In this document: piece after piece, positions 36,068-46,852 of the stretch
Numbering within the stretch: the first letter of the stretch is position 1
Layout: every line of letters starts with the position of its first letter
IMG/VR virus record: IMGVR_UViG_3300024331_000231
Span: 1-64,000 of that record
Strand: one strand, 5' to 3'
DNA: 64,000 nt
From: a virus
Taxonomy: Duplodnaviria; Caudoviricetes
Position numbers and translations under genes: made by a program
The notes under the pieces: generated by a model
Told to the model about the DNA's origin: nothing
Seen by the model: only the letters and a program-made list of their open reading frames with translations
The model's database searches: none

Positions 36068-37555
36068 ATGGCACAGATCGGCGAATTACCGGGCGGAGGG
36101 GCTCCATGGGGAGGGATCGTAAAAATTGATACCCCGTTCACCGACAGGGTGACCGCCGCTCTATTGGCCCAACAGCAGGACCGCCGGAAATACCAGCAGG
36201 AAACCACCTTGAAGGCTGATGAACTCATGAACAAAGAACTGGCCAATGTCCGCAGTATCGACATGGACCAGGTCATGGACTCCTACGGCAAATGGAAGAA
36301 CGTCGCCATGCAGATGCTGAATCCCAAAGTTCAGGCCGATCCGCGAAAGTTCAATGAACTCCAGATACAAAAAAATGCTGCTCTGGGCCAAACGATGGCC
36401 GCCATCAACCAAAGCGCCCAGCTGAACACGCAGGCCAAAGAACTCTTGGGGGAGCGAAAAGCGAAACCCAATCTGTATAACGACGACTTTGGCGATCGGT
36501 TAGCCGCGCTCAATAATACGCCGCTCGATCAGGTGCGCAACCACCCTAAATATGGTGACTTAACAAACCCCGATAGCTTTCGATATCAAGGCTCCCAGAC
36601 GGATTTTGCCAAACTGGAAGCAACGGCTTCCGGGCAACCGAAGCCGGTGGAAGGAGCAGAGAAGGTAGAAAAGATCAGCGACTTGCAAACCCGCCGGACG
36701 CCTACTCTTTTTGGTAATACCCCGACCCAATTTTTCGAGAATATGAAAGGCCAGCTCGCCCAGCACATCCCGGGGCGGGATGCGGCGGCGGCATGGGAAG
36801 CCATTCCGGAGCAACAGCGGGCAGCCGTAGATCAGCAGTTTGCGGCGATTGCCCCCGAAAAATGGCTCGCTATGACCGGCACGGCGAAGCCCCAGGTTAT
36901 TGCTCCGACTGATCCCAATAATCCGACGGAGAACTATGCCGCTTACCGGGCCAAGATATACGCCATCAACGCAGCCCCGAAAGCAGGAACGCCAAAAGAG
37001 GAAACGAATCTGCAGGCGAAAATGAACGTGCAGTTTGATCAGAGAAAGGTTATGGAAGCATTGCGGGAAGGAGATCGTGAAAAATTGGCGGATATAAAAC
37101 ACAGGTGGAAGACTTTAGATGTCAACGCCAAAGATGATGTCATGAATGGTGTTGTTCGAAGCATGCTGGAAGAGTCCAAACAGCATCCGCGCACCTATAG
37201 TATGGCTGGCGGGAAGGTCATCCAGCAATATGAGATCCCCGCTTCGACGATCCTGAAGAAAGAATTTGCCGTACCCGACGAAAAAGGACAGCCCATTTTG
37301 GTAGACGCTTTCCGGCTAAGTGAAGACGGACAATCGGTGACGCCCATTTTTTATGAACCGGGCCAGACCGGCGACAACCGCGCGGTGAATACCGAAGTCA
37401 GCAAACCGATGACGATCGGTGAATTCAAGGCCCGCGCCGCCAAAGCGATGTTCGGAATTAAAGAATCCGCTAAAGAAACCAAAACTCAAGGGCAAGCCCC
37501 TTCAGCCGCGCCGGCGACGCCAGCAAAAGGAGGGTCCGGCATTAAATGGCAATAA
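36068..37555 (+). CDS. Internal virion/ejection protein
   Basis: 495 aa, helical, between the pilot-like gene and the giant gene. Confidence 0.6.
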   Translation: MAQIGELPGGGAPWGGIVKIDTPFTDRVTAALLAQQQDRRKYQQETTLKADELMNKELANVRSIDMDQVMDSYGKWKNVAMQMLNPKVQADPRKFNELQIQKNAALGQTMAAINQSAQLNTQAKELLGERKAKPNLYNDDFGDRLAALNNTPLDQVRNHPKYGDLTNPDSFRYQGSQTDFAKLEATASGQPKPVEGAEKVEKISDLQTRRTPTLFGNTPTQFFENMKGQLAQHIPGRDAAAAWEAIPEQQRAAVDQQFAAIAPEKWLAMTGTAKPQVIAPTDPNNPTENYAAYRAKIYAINAAPKAGTPKEETNLQAKMNVQFDQRKVMEALREGDREKLADIKHRWKTLDVNAKDDVMNGVVRSMLEESKQHPRTYSMAGGKVIQQYEIPASTILKKEFAVPDEKGQPILVDAFRLSEDGQSVTPIFYEPGQTGDNRAVNTEVSKPMTIGEFKARAAKAMFGIKESAKETKTQGQAPSAAPATPAKGGSGIKWQ

Positions 37556-40500
37556 TGGCAGAAGAAGTCGACATACCAGAAGTGGCGCCTCCAGACGAAG
37601 GACAAACCGGAAACGGCCAACAACCGCCCGACAAGGTAGCGCAATACTATGACTACCTTAAAAAGGCCGGGGCTGACGTGGCGCCATCGCTGGATTCGTT
37701 CAAAAAAACGCTATCCAACGATTCGACCGCCCGGCAATATTATGGCTACCTCAAGGATAATAAGTTCGATGCACCGCCGACCTACGGCTCTTTTGCCAAA
37801 ACGCTGGGTATTACTACCGAACAGCCCGCTCCGCCGGAGCACCAGGTAGTACATACGCCTATACAGGACGTCCGGCACCTGAAGGATCTTGCCAACCAAC
37901 CCGTCCGACAAAACGTGGTTGATCCGCAGGGGGGGCTGACCGAGAATAACCAGGAGGACGTCGCCCGGAATAAAGGCTACCAGGACCAATACGAAAAAAG
38001 TGTGAACGATATCGCCTCTACCTGGGGAACCGATCCGAGAGCTACCAAAGCCACCTTGGAGGATTTTCCTGACATCCAGGACGAAAATTTATTGAAGAAG
38101 TATACGTCGCTTTACAAAGATAATCCTGTAAACTACGGAAGGCTGAAAGACGGTACTGATATTCGGATGGCTGTATTTCGATCGGGACGACCGGACGCCG
38201 CCGCCGACGCTCACAATTTGAATATGCTATTTACGCCTTCCCCCGCCGATACTTATGATGATTTGCAGCATTACATCGCCGGCGCGCAGGGAATTCTATC
38301 AAAGCATGGGTTGGGGCAACAGTATACGGAAAAATTAAAAAATGTATTCAGTCCCCTGATCAACACGCTTCAACCGGGACTATTGACGCAGTATTGGAAC
38401 AGCGACGACAAAAAGCTCGGCCTTTCCGATTTTCAGTACGCAGGCCTGGAGACGGAAAAAATGTTCAACCCCGGGAAATATAAGCAGGATATGGCCATCA
38501 TTCGCCAGAACCGGGGACTAGACCAGCCGGGCGGTACGCCAATTCCGCAAGGGAAAGAAGGATACGCCTATGATCGTGGTGTTGAAAACGTCCTCTATGC
38601 CCTGGAGCACCAAGGAAGGCAAAACACGTCTCAATATATTTCGCAGCGCACGGCCGATCTTGGACCCCAGATCGATAAGGTAAAACAGCACTACCAGGAC
38701 TATATCAATAGCACTACCGATCCGCAGATGCAGCAATATTTTTTCCAGGAATTCCAGAAAGACCCGTTGCTGCAAGAAGCTACCAAGCTCTACGAAGGGC
38801 AACAAGCCATTGACTATGCGCGATCGGAAGACCAACGCCGTTTTCCGCTCAATTATGGCGATCAGGCTACCCGTGTCGTCAAAGATGCTCTTAGCAGCAC
38901 TTCCGGAGTTATGGGCAGCGCTGGGGTGGCCGGTCAGCAGGTATTGCTTGGGGCCGGCGAGACTTCCGACAATACCCTGCGCTTCATCAAAAACACGTTT
39001 ATCAATCTACTGGGTAGCGATCAACTGCAGGCCAAAAATGCGGCTGCCAATATCGGCCACCAGGCGCTGACCGAGCTGGCCGGCTACGAAGGAAGCGCCT
39101 TTTCTATGCAGCAATCGCCTATCCTGATCGATGACCAGCTACAAAAGAGCATTCAAGAGGTTTTTGATAATCCGAACCTGACCACGATTCAAAAGAATCA
39201 AAAAGCTACTGACCTGATCATCAACCACGGAGATCAGATCAAGGTCAATCCAAATGCCGGCCAGCAGAATATTACCGGCAAAGCAGTGCTCTACACCGCG
39301 TCCAACACGATCGGCCAGATCCTCGGCATCGCGGACCAATCATTTTTGATGGGAGGGCTCGTGGGAGACGCATCCAAGGCCCAGCAAATGGCGAATGCGC
39401 TGGTGCCCATGTATGCCTCAACCCAGAACCAGCTATATGAACAGTCGCTCGCCCGCGGCGACGAAAAGCCTCTCCTAAAGTCGCACCTGGATGCAGCAAT
39501 CATCTCACTGGCTTCCCTGATCAATCCTGATATCAAAGTCGTCAAAGGAATGATCGGTGCTGAAACGGGCCTTGGAAAGCTTATTGCTGGCGTGGACGAG
39601 TCCACGTGGAACAAAGTGCTCACGACCAACAAGCCGCTCGTTGACAAAATGGTCGCCGGAACAAAGGCGACTGCCCGGCAATTGGGTCTCGCAGGCCTGC
39701 AGTACGGACTCGTCGTTCCCGGCGCCCAGTATGTCGTCCACAAAAATGTGTTAAATGAAGATCCCAATCTCGGGGATGCGATAAAGGATGGTCTTATACA
39801 AACCGGGATTACAATGGCAGTTCCTGCACTGTTCCATGGCGTATGGGGCGGCGTCAACGCTACAAAAGTTAATCCCACTCAGAAATATGCACTGGTTGAA
39901 GCAGGCCTGCATCCCAAAGAAAATATCGAACTCATCGATCAAATGGTTCAGCGGGGGCAGGTAACGCCGGATCGGGCAGACCAGATCAAAGACGTCATTA
40001 AAATGACGGGAAATATTTTAGAGCAAAGCGATCATGTTAAAGGGGATGGAACGCCCATGACTGAAAAAGAAGCGGCTGATCTCACATTTCAGATGCTGCG
40101 CAAGAAAGTGCTGGAAGGAAAGCTCAAAAATGCGCCCGACCCACAGAAGCCGGCGATTGAGGCCAAAATCCACGAAATCAACCAGGATATTTCGGACCTG
40201 CACACTTCGGATGCGGATAAGCAGAAAAGTGAACTCAACCAATTATTGACCGATCATCTTGACCTGTTATCGAAAGTCCCGACCATGGAAGGGACCGTTA
40301 AGGAAGCTATCAAACGCAATGAGCCGGAAGTCGTCTTCTCAGAAATTTACGACGCCGCAACCGAAACCAAAAACGAAGAAGGAAAAGAGGTTAGCAAGCG
40401 CCCAGAAGTGGAAGCAATTTATGGCAAAAAACTGGTTGACAAGGCTTTCGAATTACATAACCAAAAACAACCCACTCATGGCCAAGAAGCCATCCCAGAC

Positions 40501-43500
40501 AATGCCCAAGCCGGGAACCAAGGGCAAGTAACACCAGAACCATCGCAAGAAGGTGCGGCGCCTCCTACAACCACAACAGAGCCTGTGCCGGCCGCATCTT
40601 CTTTTACTCCAAATTCCGACAAAATACAACCTACCAACCAATTCCGTACGTGGAACCTGGGGGACATGGAAGGGAAGCCGGAGGACGAGGCAGCAAAAAA
40701 ACACCTCGAAGGCGTGGTCCGTGCCTGGGATCAGCATCCGGCCGGCGAGACCGGCGGCGAAACCTTCGGCGCATTCGTGGATCGGGTCATTCCAGCCTTT
40801 GAAAAGGCGCTCCAGGAAGACCCCAATAATACGACCATTGTAACCCATAGCTCCGTCCTTAAAGCCATGCGCGTCTGGGAAGAAATGGGGCGCCCAGCAG
40901 TCGATAAACTGACTGGCGAACAGAAAAAACAGTTCGCCGACAAGTACAACGCCGCCGAAACCCACAACGGCGATCTGGAAACCTTCAAAGGGACGAACGG
41001 CGATATTCATGTCATCCGGCACGGAGAGACAGAGGATAATGCAAAAAATAATTTCCGTTCGGGCAATACCAATCTGACAGATAAGGGAATGCAAGATGCC
41101 GCTAATGTCGGTCAGGAATTAAAGTCCAAGACCGGCGGAGACGTTCCGAAGATCATCACGTCGGACCTGCCACGGACGATTCATAGTTCAAATATTATAA
41201 ACGATGCCTTATCAGAGTCTAGCCCAGGAACGCTGGGCGCACACGCAGGCGGGGACGCAGGCGCTGGGGGGACCCCAGAAGGTGAAGGAGTGGGACCAGG
41301 CCAGCAAGGGGAAGCATCTCCCGGCCAAACTGGCGGGGAAGGGGAGGGGCAAGAGCCACCAGGCGGCCCTGGTGGGACGAAAGTAGCCGCTGGAGGCGAA
41401 GCAGGTTCGCAAACGGGCATTGCCGAACGAGTTAAGAAAGAACGGGAAGCCTCGGCTGGCGTCAAGGCCCCCGAACCGGGGACTGGCTTGTCGGTCGAAG
41501 CGGGAGTCGAACGAGGAAGGACGTTACTAAGGGGAGGGGCTGATCCAGAAAGGATAATGGAAGCGTTTGAAACCGGCAAAGGCTTAATAGCCGACGATGT
41601 AAGTGTCGTTCGCGCTCAACTGGAACAACTAGCCAAAGCGACAGATGCGGCTATCGAGGAACATGGAGAAGAAAGTCCGGAGGCTGAAGATGCCAGAAAA
41701 GCCGAAAGTGATTGGGCGGCGCGTATTCAGCCCATGCAGACAGAGTGGGCCGAAATTGGTCGGCGACAACAAGGAAGCACCGATTTGGACACAGGAACTG
41801 TCACTTCCATAAAAAGAGCTTTTAAGGAACAAAGCGGCAAGCCTTTGACTGACAAACAAGCCGAAACTGCTCAAAATCTTCACGCTAGAATAAAAGAACA
41901 AGAAACAACCATTTCAGATTTACAAAAGAGATTGGATGACATTAACAATAGCGATCAGTCAAAAAAATCGACGACTTTTTCAGACAAAGCTAAAAAAGCC
42001 GCAAATCTTGTTCGGAAATTAAAGAATAAAGAATTCACTTTTAAGGACAGTGACGGCAACGACATTCCGGTTCATAAAATGGGCGTAAGCTGGAATGATA
42101 TTGTAGAATTAGGAGCAAAGGCCATTGAAAAAACTGGTCAAATTGCTGATGGAATAGCCGCTATTATAGAGAAAGTAAAAGAAGCTGATTGGTATAAAGG
42201 GCTTTCTGCAGAAGATCAGAAAAGATTTGCAAAAGAATTAGAAGACCACTATACTGGTATTGCAGATAAAAAAGAAGCGGCACGAATTAAAGCCCTCGAA
42301 AAGCAACTGGAAGAGCTGCAAGCCGGGAAAGTAAAAACCAAAACCGAACGGCAGCAAAGTGCTAGGGAACAAGCTCTGAAAGATCAAATATTCCAAGCTA
42401 AACAAAATTTGGGTCTAATTAAACCTAAGGGAGCGCCCACACCTAAGACTCAAATTAATAAACCCAAAATTGATATTGCCACACATTTTATCGATAAAAA
42501 AGACAACAATTTCACACAGGAGGAGTCAAAAGCAATTTGGGAACACACGAAGGCTGTAATGGAGAATGGCAAAACTGATTTTCACGATGTGATTAAGCAG
42601 GTTGCAATGGATAGCGGCTTATCTTCCGAACAGGTCCGCCGAGCCATTGCACAACCCAAAGGAGCAAAAGTTGTCACCGATAAGATGTATGCGGCCATGT
42701 ATAAAAGAAATCAGATTATACAACAGGCCAAAGCCTGGGTTAAATCAGCCGACCAATCCCCCGCTAAAAAGTTTTGGAAAGCAGTGATTGCAGGTCCGGC
42801 GGCCATAGTAACTGCACTGCACGGGAGCGTAGCGCCCATAACGCATGTGGGAGGTGATCTATACCGGCCTTTCAATTGGAAGAGCTATTTCAATTTCATG
42901 TTGAATTCTTACCAATATTCGTTCGGGGGTTTAACGGAAAAAGGAAAAGCAAGATACGAAAAGGACATGGGCGATTTAGTTCGCGATCCTATGTTTATAA
43001 TGGCTAAAAAGGCTGGAGTTAAATGTGATCCCACCGATTTAAGTGGAGACGATTACTCTAAATATCAGGGGATTTGGGGCAAATTGGCAAAAATGGGTGA
43101 AAGAGGATTTAATGCCATGAAGCCTTATAGGCTGGAGCAGTTTAAGAAAATGTATAATGGACTTTCGGATCAAGCAAAAGGAAATTCCGATGTAATTAAG
43201 ACCATCGCAGAAATAGCGAATCTTTCTTCCGGCACAACAAGCGTAAAAACAGGCAAGTATACCGATGTGGTGGTTTTTGCTCCTAAACTGGTCACTTCTC
43301 AATATCAAAGAATTTTTTCGGAACCCGCCAAGGCGGTAGGCACATTCGCGAAATGGGGGGCATCCCTTGCTTCTCCGAATAAGATTGCAGCCCCGACTGA
43401 TGCACAAAAATTGCAGGCCAAAATGGTCGCAAGACATACAGGCGAAATGATGGCTACCTATATGATTGGCCTTGCTGCTAACCAGGCTATATTGACGATG

Positions 43501-44064
43501 AACGGTTCTAAACAAAAAATAAATTTCACTAATCCTCTGGAGCCGGACTGGATGAAATTTAAAATTGTAGGAAAAGACGTTGACGCCTCCGGCGGAATGA
43601 ATTCCTCTTTGCGATTCGTGGCTTCATTGATGAAAGAAGGATTACGTGCAAACGGAATTATAAAAACAGACGAGAAAGGGAAGCCGGGAGACGTTGAAGG
43701 AAGGAAGATATTACAGCAAGCTGCCAATAAATTATCTCCACTTGCGGGAGACGTGAAAGAACTATTCAGCACAACAGATAATAACGGCAATCCTCTGCCT
43801 TGGTCTTCAGTAAAGCCGTCTGCAGGAAGAGAAAAATTAACATGGGCTGAATACTTTGAAAGTAAATCTCCCATTTTCATATCAGAAGGATTCAAAGCGT
43901 TTAACGACGGAGCTAAGTCGAACGGGGTGCCCGACGCTAAATTAAATAATTATTTAGAAGGCGTCGTAATAGGAATATTGGCCGGGACAACAGGAGCGCA
44001 TATTACCCCTGAAATAGCAAAAAAATCCGGCAGCCGAATGCCTAACGGAAAAACATCTCAATGA
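37546..44064 (+). CDS. Giant internal virion protein containing a circularly permuted histidine-phosphatase domain
   Basis: 2172 aa; FRTWNLGDMEGK..GGETF..RV..IVTHSS precedes VIRHGETEDN..LTDKG..SDLPRT. Confidence 0.75.
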   Translation: MAIMAEEVDIPEVAPPDEGQTGNGQQPPDKVAQYYDYLKKAGADVAPSLDSFKKTLSNDSTARQYYGYLKDNKFDAPPTYGSFAKTLGITTEQPAPPEHQVVHTPIQDVRHLKDLANQPVRQNVVDPQGGLTENNQEDVARNKGYQDQYEKSVNDIASTWGTDPRATKATLEDFPDIQDENLLKKYTSLYKDNPVNYGRLKDGTDIRMAVFRSGRPDAAADAHNLNMLFTPSPADTYDDLQHYIAGAQGILSKHGLGQQYTEKLKNVFSPLINTLQPGLLTQYWNSDDKKLGLSDFQYAGLETEKMFNPGKYKQDMAIIRQNRGLDQPGGTPIPQGKEGYAYDRGVENVLYALEHQGRQNTSQYISQRTADLGPQIDKVKQHYQDYINSTTDPQMQQYFFQEFQKDPLLQEATKLYEGQQAIDYARSEDQRRFPLNYGDQATRVVKDALSSTSGVMGSAGVAGQQVLLGAGETSDNTLRFIKNTFINLLGSDQLQAKNAAANIGHQALTELAGYEGSAFSMQQSPILIDDQLQKSIQEVFDNPNLTTIQKNQKATDLIINHGDQIKVNPNAGQQNITGKAVLYTASNTIGQILGIADQSFLMGGLVGDASKAQQMANALVPMYASTQNQLYEQSLARGDEKPLLKSHLDAAIISLASLINPDIKVVKGMIGAETGLGKLIAGVDESTWNKVLTTNKPLVDKMVAGTKATARQLGLAGLQYGLVVPGAQYVVHKNVLNEDPNLGDAIKDGLIQTGITMAVPALFHGVWGGVNATKVNPTQKYALVEAGLHPKENIELIDQMVQRGQVTPDRADQIKDVIKMTGNILEQSDHVKGDGTPMTEKEAADLTFQMLRKKVLEGKLKNAPDPQKPAIEAKIHEINQDISDLHTSDADKQKSELNQLLTDHLDLLSKVPTMEGTVKEAIKRNEPEVVFSEIYDAATETKNEEGKEVSKRPEVEAIYGKKLVDKAFELHNQKQPTHGQEAIPDNAQAGNQGQVTPEPSQEGAAPPTTTTEPVPAASSFTPNSDKIQPTNQFRTWNLGDMEGKPEDEAAKKHLEGVVRAWDQHPAGETGGETFGAFVDRVIPAFEKALQEDPNNTTIVTHSSVLKAMRVWEEMGRPAVDKLTGEQKKQFADKYNAAETHNGDLETFKGTNGDIHVIRHGETEDNAKNNFRSGNTNLTDKGMQDAANVGQELKSKTGGDVPKIITSDLPRTIHSSNIINDALSESSPGTLGAHAGGDAGAGGTPEGEGVGPGQQGEASPGQTGGEGEGQEPPGGPGGTKVAAGGEAGSQTGIAERVKKEREASAGVKAPEPGTGLSVEAGVERGRTLLRGGADPERIMEAFETGKGLIADDVSVVRAQLEQLAKATDAAIEEHGEESPEAEDARKAESDWAARIQPMQTEWAEIGRRQQGSTDLDTGTVTSIKRAFKEQSGKPLTDKQAETAQNLHARIKEQETTISDLQKRLDDINNSDQSKKSTTFSDKAKKAANLVRKLKNKEFTFKDSDGNDIPVHKMGVSWNDIVELGAKAIEKTGQIADGIAAIIEKVKEADWYKGLSAEDQKRFAKELEDHYTGIADKKEAARIKALEKQLEELQAGKVKTKTERQQSAREQALKDQIFQAKQNLGLIKPKGAPTPKTQINKPKIDIATHFIDKKDNNFTQEESKAIWEHTKAVMENGKTDFHDVIKQVAMDSGLSSEQVRRAIAQPKGAKVVTDKMYAAMYKRNQIIQQAKAWVKSADQSPAKKFWKAVIAGPAAIVTALHGSVAPITHVGGDLYRPFNWKSYFNFMLNSYQYSFGGLTEKGKARYEKDMGDLVRDPMFIMAKKAGVKCDPTDLSGDDYSKYQGIWGKLAKMGERGFNAMKPYRLEQFKKMYNGLSDQAKGNSDVIKTIAEIANLSSGTTSVKTGKYTDVVVFAPKLVTSQYQRIFSEPAKAVGTFAKWGASLASPNKIAAPTDAQKLQAKMVARHTGEMMATYMIGLAANQAILTMNGSKQKINFTNPLEPDWMKFKIVGKDVDASGGMNSSLRFVASLMKEGLRANGIIKTDEKGKPGDVEGRKILQQAANKLSPLAGDVKELFSTTDNNGNPLPWSSVKPSAGREKLTWAEYFESKSPIFISEGFKAFNDGAKSNGVPDAKLNNYLEGVVIGILAGTTGAHITPEIAKKSGSRMPNGKTSQ

Positions 44065-45437
44065 GAAAGTATTATGCCATATTAGACGATCCGGGAAGCG
44101 GAGGAGGCGGAGGGAATCCACCCACCGCACCAAAAGGCTATGTACCCAGTACCCCGGACCAGCGGACGCAGTGGAATTCATTTTTAGACTTTGCCGGCAA
44201 GCAGCCGGGAGCAAATCTGACGGACCCCAAGGCGCAGACAGCGCTGCTCGCGCAGTACAAAAAGCAAAACCCGGAGTTCTCCATTACGGCGGAGCAAATC
44301 CCTAACATCCAGTACGAAGCCTATCAGATACGAAAAGGGGACAAATTTGGCAATCTGGGCTCCAAAGAACTCGGGTACATCCGTCAAGGCCTGTCGCCCA
44401 ACTTTATCAACGCCGATACGACCAATATCGGGAAGCTCTATTATCCCCAGATGTCCACACATGGCACTGACCTGGAAGGATACTATAATTCTAAATTCAA
44501 CCCTACGGCGGTCCAGTCCCCGGCCGAACCGTCGCCAACAGCCCAACCAGCAGCGACTAGTCCTGTAGCAGTATCTCCATCCGCAACTTCGAGCAATACG
44601 CCAAGCGGGGCAATTCCCCTGCCAAACTATAATGATCCGACTTCGAGATTAAACTATGCTAATTCGTTTCGACAGAAATATGGTAAAGAGGTGCTGAAAG
44701 GCTATGGCGACATTCCTTTGCGAGTAAATGAAAAACCTGAGTATGCCTCGGATACATCCAAGAATCTAGCGATCAAAGAAGCGAAAAAGTTAGGTCTTGA
44801 TCCTGCATTACTTTATGCTTCCAGTATGATCGAGGGACAGAGTGGACTATACCCGCAAAAAGATAAGATAACGGGCGAAATGACGGTCAATTACACAGGA
44901 GACGATGAATATCCGGTCAGTGGGCTATGGAGCTTCGGTCTGGACAGTTTTTTAGACTATCTCCCGCAACTAAAAAAGAAAGGATACTTGCCACAAGATT
45001 TCGAGAAAAACTACAAAGTGTGGGATAAACCAGGTGGTCCCGCTGGAAAAGATGCTAATGAAGAATCCGTCATGTTCAAAACAACTGACGCGGGGGTGCA
45101 GGCGAAAGCCGCAATGCTCAGAGCTTTCAATGATGAATTTGACGAGAAGTTACATGAAAAGAACATAACGCTTAGTCCACAGCAAAGAGATTTCTTCAGG
45201 CTCGCCTACTTCAATAGCGGACAACATTCATTTCAACTATTGGATGCATATAAAAAAAATGGTCTCCTTAAGAGCGATGATTTTATAAATAAAATGCCGG
45301 ATGTGCCCATTCCGGAATTTGTCAAATTATATAAAGGAGACACAAAAAAAGCGGAAACGCTTCACAAACAAATTTATGGCAATATCGTCCCTCGAATTTT
45401 GGCGGCCAAAGGACTAAAACAAGAAGGACTTTTTTAA
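44061..45437 (+). CDS. Virion protein with C-terminal lysozyme/lytic-transglycosylase-like domain
   Basis: KEAKKLGLDPALLYASSMIEG (catalytic Glu position) and RLAYFNSG (cf. AAYNAG). Confidence 0.55.
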   Translation: MRKYYAILDDPGSGGGGGNPPTAPKGYVPSTPDQRTQWNSFLDFAGKQPGANLTDPKAQTALLAQYKKQNPEFSITAEQIPNIQYEAYQIRKGDKFGNLGSKELGYIRQGLSPNFINADTTNIGKLYYPQMSTHGTDLEGYYNSKFNPTAVQSPAEPSPTAQPAATSPVAVSPSATSSNTPSGAIPLPNYNDPTSRLNYANSFRQKYGKEVLKGYGDIPLRVNEKPEYASDTSKNLAIKEAKKLGLDPALLYASSMIEGQSGLYPQKDKITGEMTVNYTGDDEYPVSGLWSFGLDSFLDYLPQLKKKGYLPQDFEKNYKVWDKPGGPAGKDANEESVMFKTTDAGVQAKAAMLRAFNDEFDEKLHEKNITLSPQQRDFFRLAYFNSGQHSFQLLDAYKKNGLLKSDDFINKMPDVPIPEFVKLYKGDTKKAETLHKQIYGNIVPRILAAKGLKQEGLF

Positions 45438-45460
45438 AATATTAAAAAACTAGCAATAAT

Positions 45461-45967
45461 ATGGCACTTGTTCCATCCTTTACCGTTGCCCCAACTTCTG
45501 ATCCGTCCCAACTAGTCCTGGTGGACACAAGCACAGGCAGCGATGGAGCGATCACGGATCGCAAGATCATCCTTCTGAATTCCGCCGGCAACCAGTACGC
45601 CGGCTCGCCCTTCGATTGGCCGATCGCCAATCCTTCGATCACCATTTCGCCGCTGACGTCAGACGTCGCGCTGAACATCGTTGTCAATTGGAATAACAAT
45701 GTAGGGACCGTTTTGTATACCAAAAGCCAGTTATACGTCGCTACACAATATGCAGAGCAGTTTTATTATTCGCTGACCCAGCAGCAGGCTGCAACGACCA
45801 ACCTGAATATCCTGAACGACTATCCTTATTTCGAGAACAAAAGCAAGCTCCGAATGCTCATCGATTCTGCCGTGCAGGCAGTAGCCGTTGGACTGGATAT
45901 TTTCAGCGCACAATTCTGCATTTCTATTTATCAACAAATGCTTAATAATCCTAATCTGTATTTCTAA
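45461..45967 (+). CDS. Tail-associated protein
   Basis: 168 aa, beta-rich N-terminal half, in the tail module. Confidence 0.55.
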   Translation: MALVPSFTVAPTSDPSQLVLVDTSTGSDGAITDRKIILLNSAGNQYAGSPFDWPIANPSITISPLTSDVALNIVVNWNNNVGTVLYTKSQLYVATQYAEQFYYSLTQQQAATTNLNILNDYPYFENKSKLRMLIDSAVQAVAVGLDIFSAQFCISIYQQMLNNPNLYF

Positions 45968-46836
45968 TGAGTATTCAATTATCCATACCGCAAATATTGC
46001 AGATCGCCAAGCTCTGCCAGCCCTTGACGGTAGTCGATAGTCATACAAAAATGGTCTACCAGGGAGGGGACCTGAACATGCGACAGGCGAGGCTCATTTA
46101 TATGGAGCGCGTGGCCGTTCAAAACCGGTATAACCTCAATCCCAATGACCCAACGCTGCGCGATACCTCAAACTACCTATTCTCGCTGCTGCGCAACTGG
46201 CCGGCTGCTCAGAATATGATCAACGCCATTGGCGGCGGTTTAGCTGTTATAACCGGGCCTTCGAACGCCAGCGTCAATGTAGGTGATACGGCGACTTTTA
46301 CGATCGGGGTCACTTCATCTTCGGTATACACCATTCAATGGTACAAAAATGGCTCCCCCATTGCCGGGGCTACATCGCTTTCCTATAGTTTGGTCAATGC
46401 ACAGCTCACAGATAGCGGTGACAGTTTTTACGCGATCGTGACCAACGGTGCAGGTCCGTCGCCCTCGCTGACAGCAAGTTTGACCGTGACAGCCGCCCTG
46501 CAGGCGAAGTGGTGGTTTGGGGACACTGATCCCTTCCCGGACCTCAGCGGCGGAAGCGACACGCTCGATTACCAGATCACGCAGAATATCACGCACAATG
46601 CCCCCATTGTGATCGATTATTCCGGGCAAACGGGAGCCGAAAATAACCAGTTCAATGTCCTGAGATATCCCAATACCGAAAACGATAAGACGACATGGAT
46701 CAATACCGGATTCAACCAAGGAAACATTCCTGATAGTGTAATGCACGCGATCCTGAATATCAACGGTTTTAAATATGTGATCAGCCGCAATGCCATGAAC
46801 CTAGATGCCATAACCACAACAATGACTTATTCGTAA
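45967..46836 (+). CDS. Tail-associated protein with Ig-like domain
   Basis: VGDTATFTIGV..YTIQWYKNGSPIAGAT..DSGDSFYAIVTN (I-set Ig). Confidence 0.7.
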   Translation: MSIQLSIPQILQIAKLCQPLTVVDSHTKMVYQGGDLNMRQARLIYMERVAVQNRYNLNPNDPTLRDTSNYLFSLLRNWPAAQNMINAIGGGLAVITGPSNASVNVGDTATFTIGVTSSSVYTIQWYKNGSPIAGATSLSYSLVNAQLTDSGDSFYAIVTNGAGPSPSLTASLTVTAALQAKWWFGDTDPFPDLSGGSDTLDYQITQNITHNAPIVIDYSGQTGAENNQFNVLRYPNTENDKTTWINTGFNQGNIPDSVMHAILNINGFKYVISRNAMNLDAITTTMTYS

Positions 46837-46852
46837 AGACCAAAAAAACGAT

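Noticed and set aside
37546-44064. crAss-type virion RNA polymerase
   Set aside because: No DxDxD catalytic motif or double-psi-barrel signatures recognised by eye; the only clear enzyme domain is the His-phosphatase.
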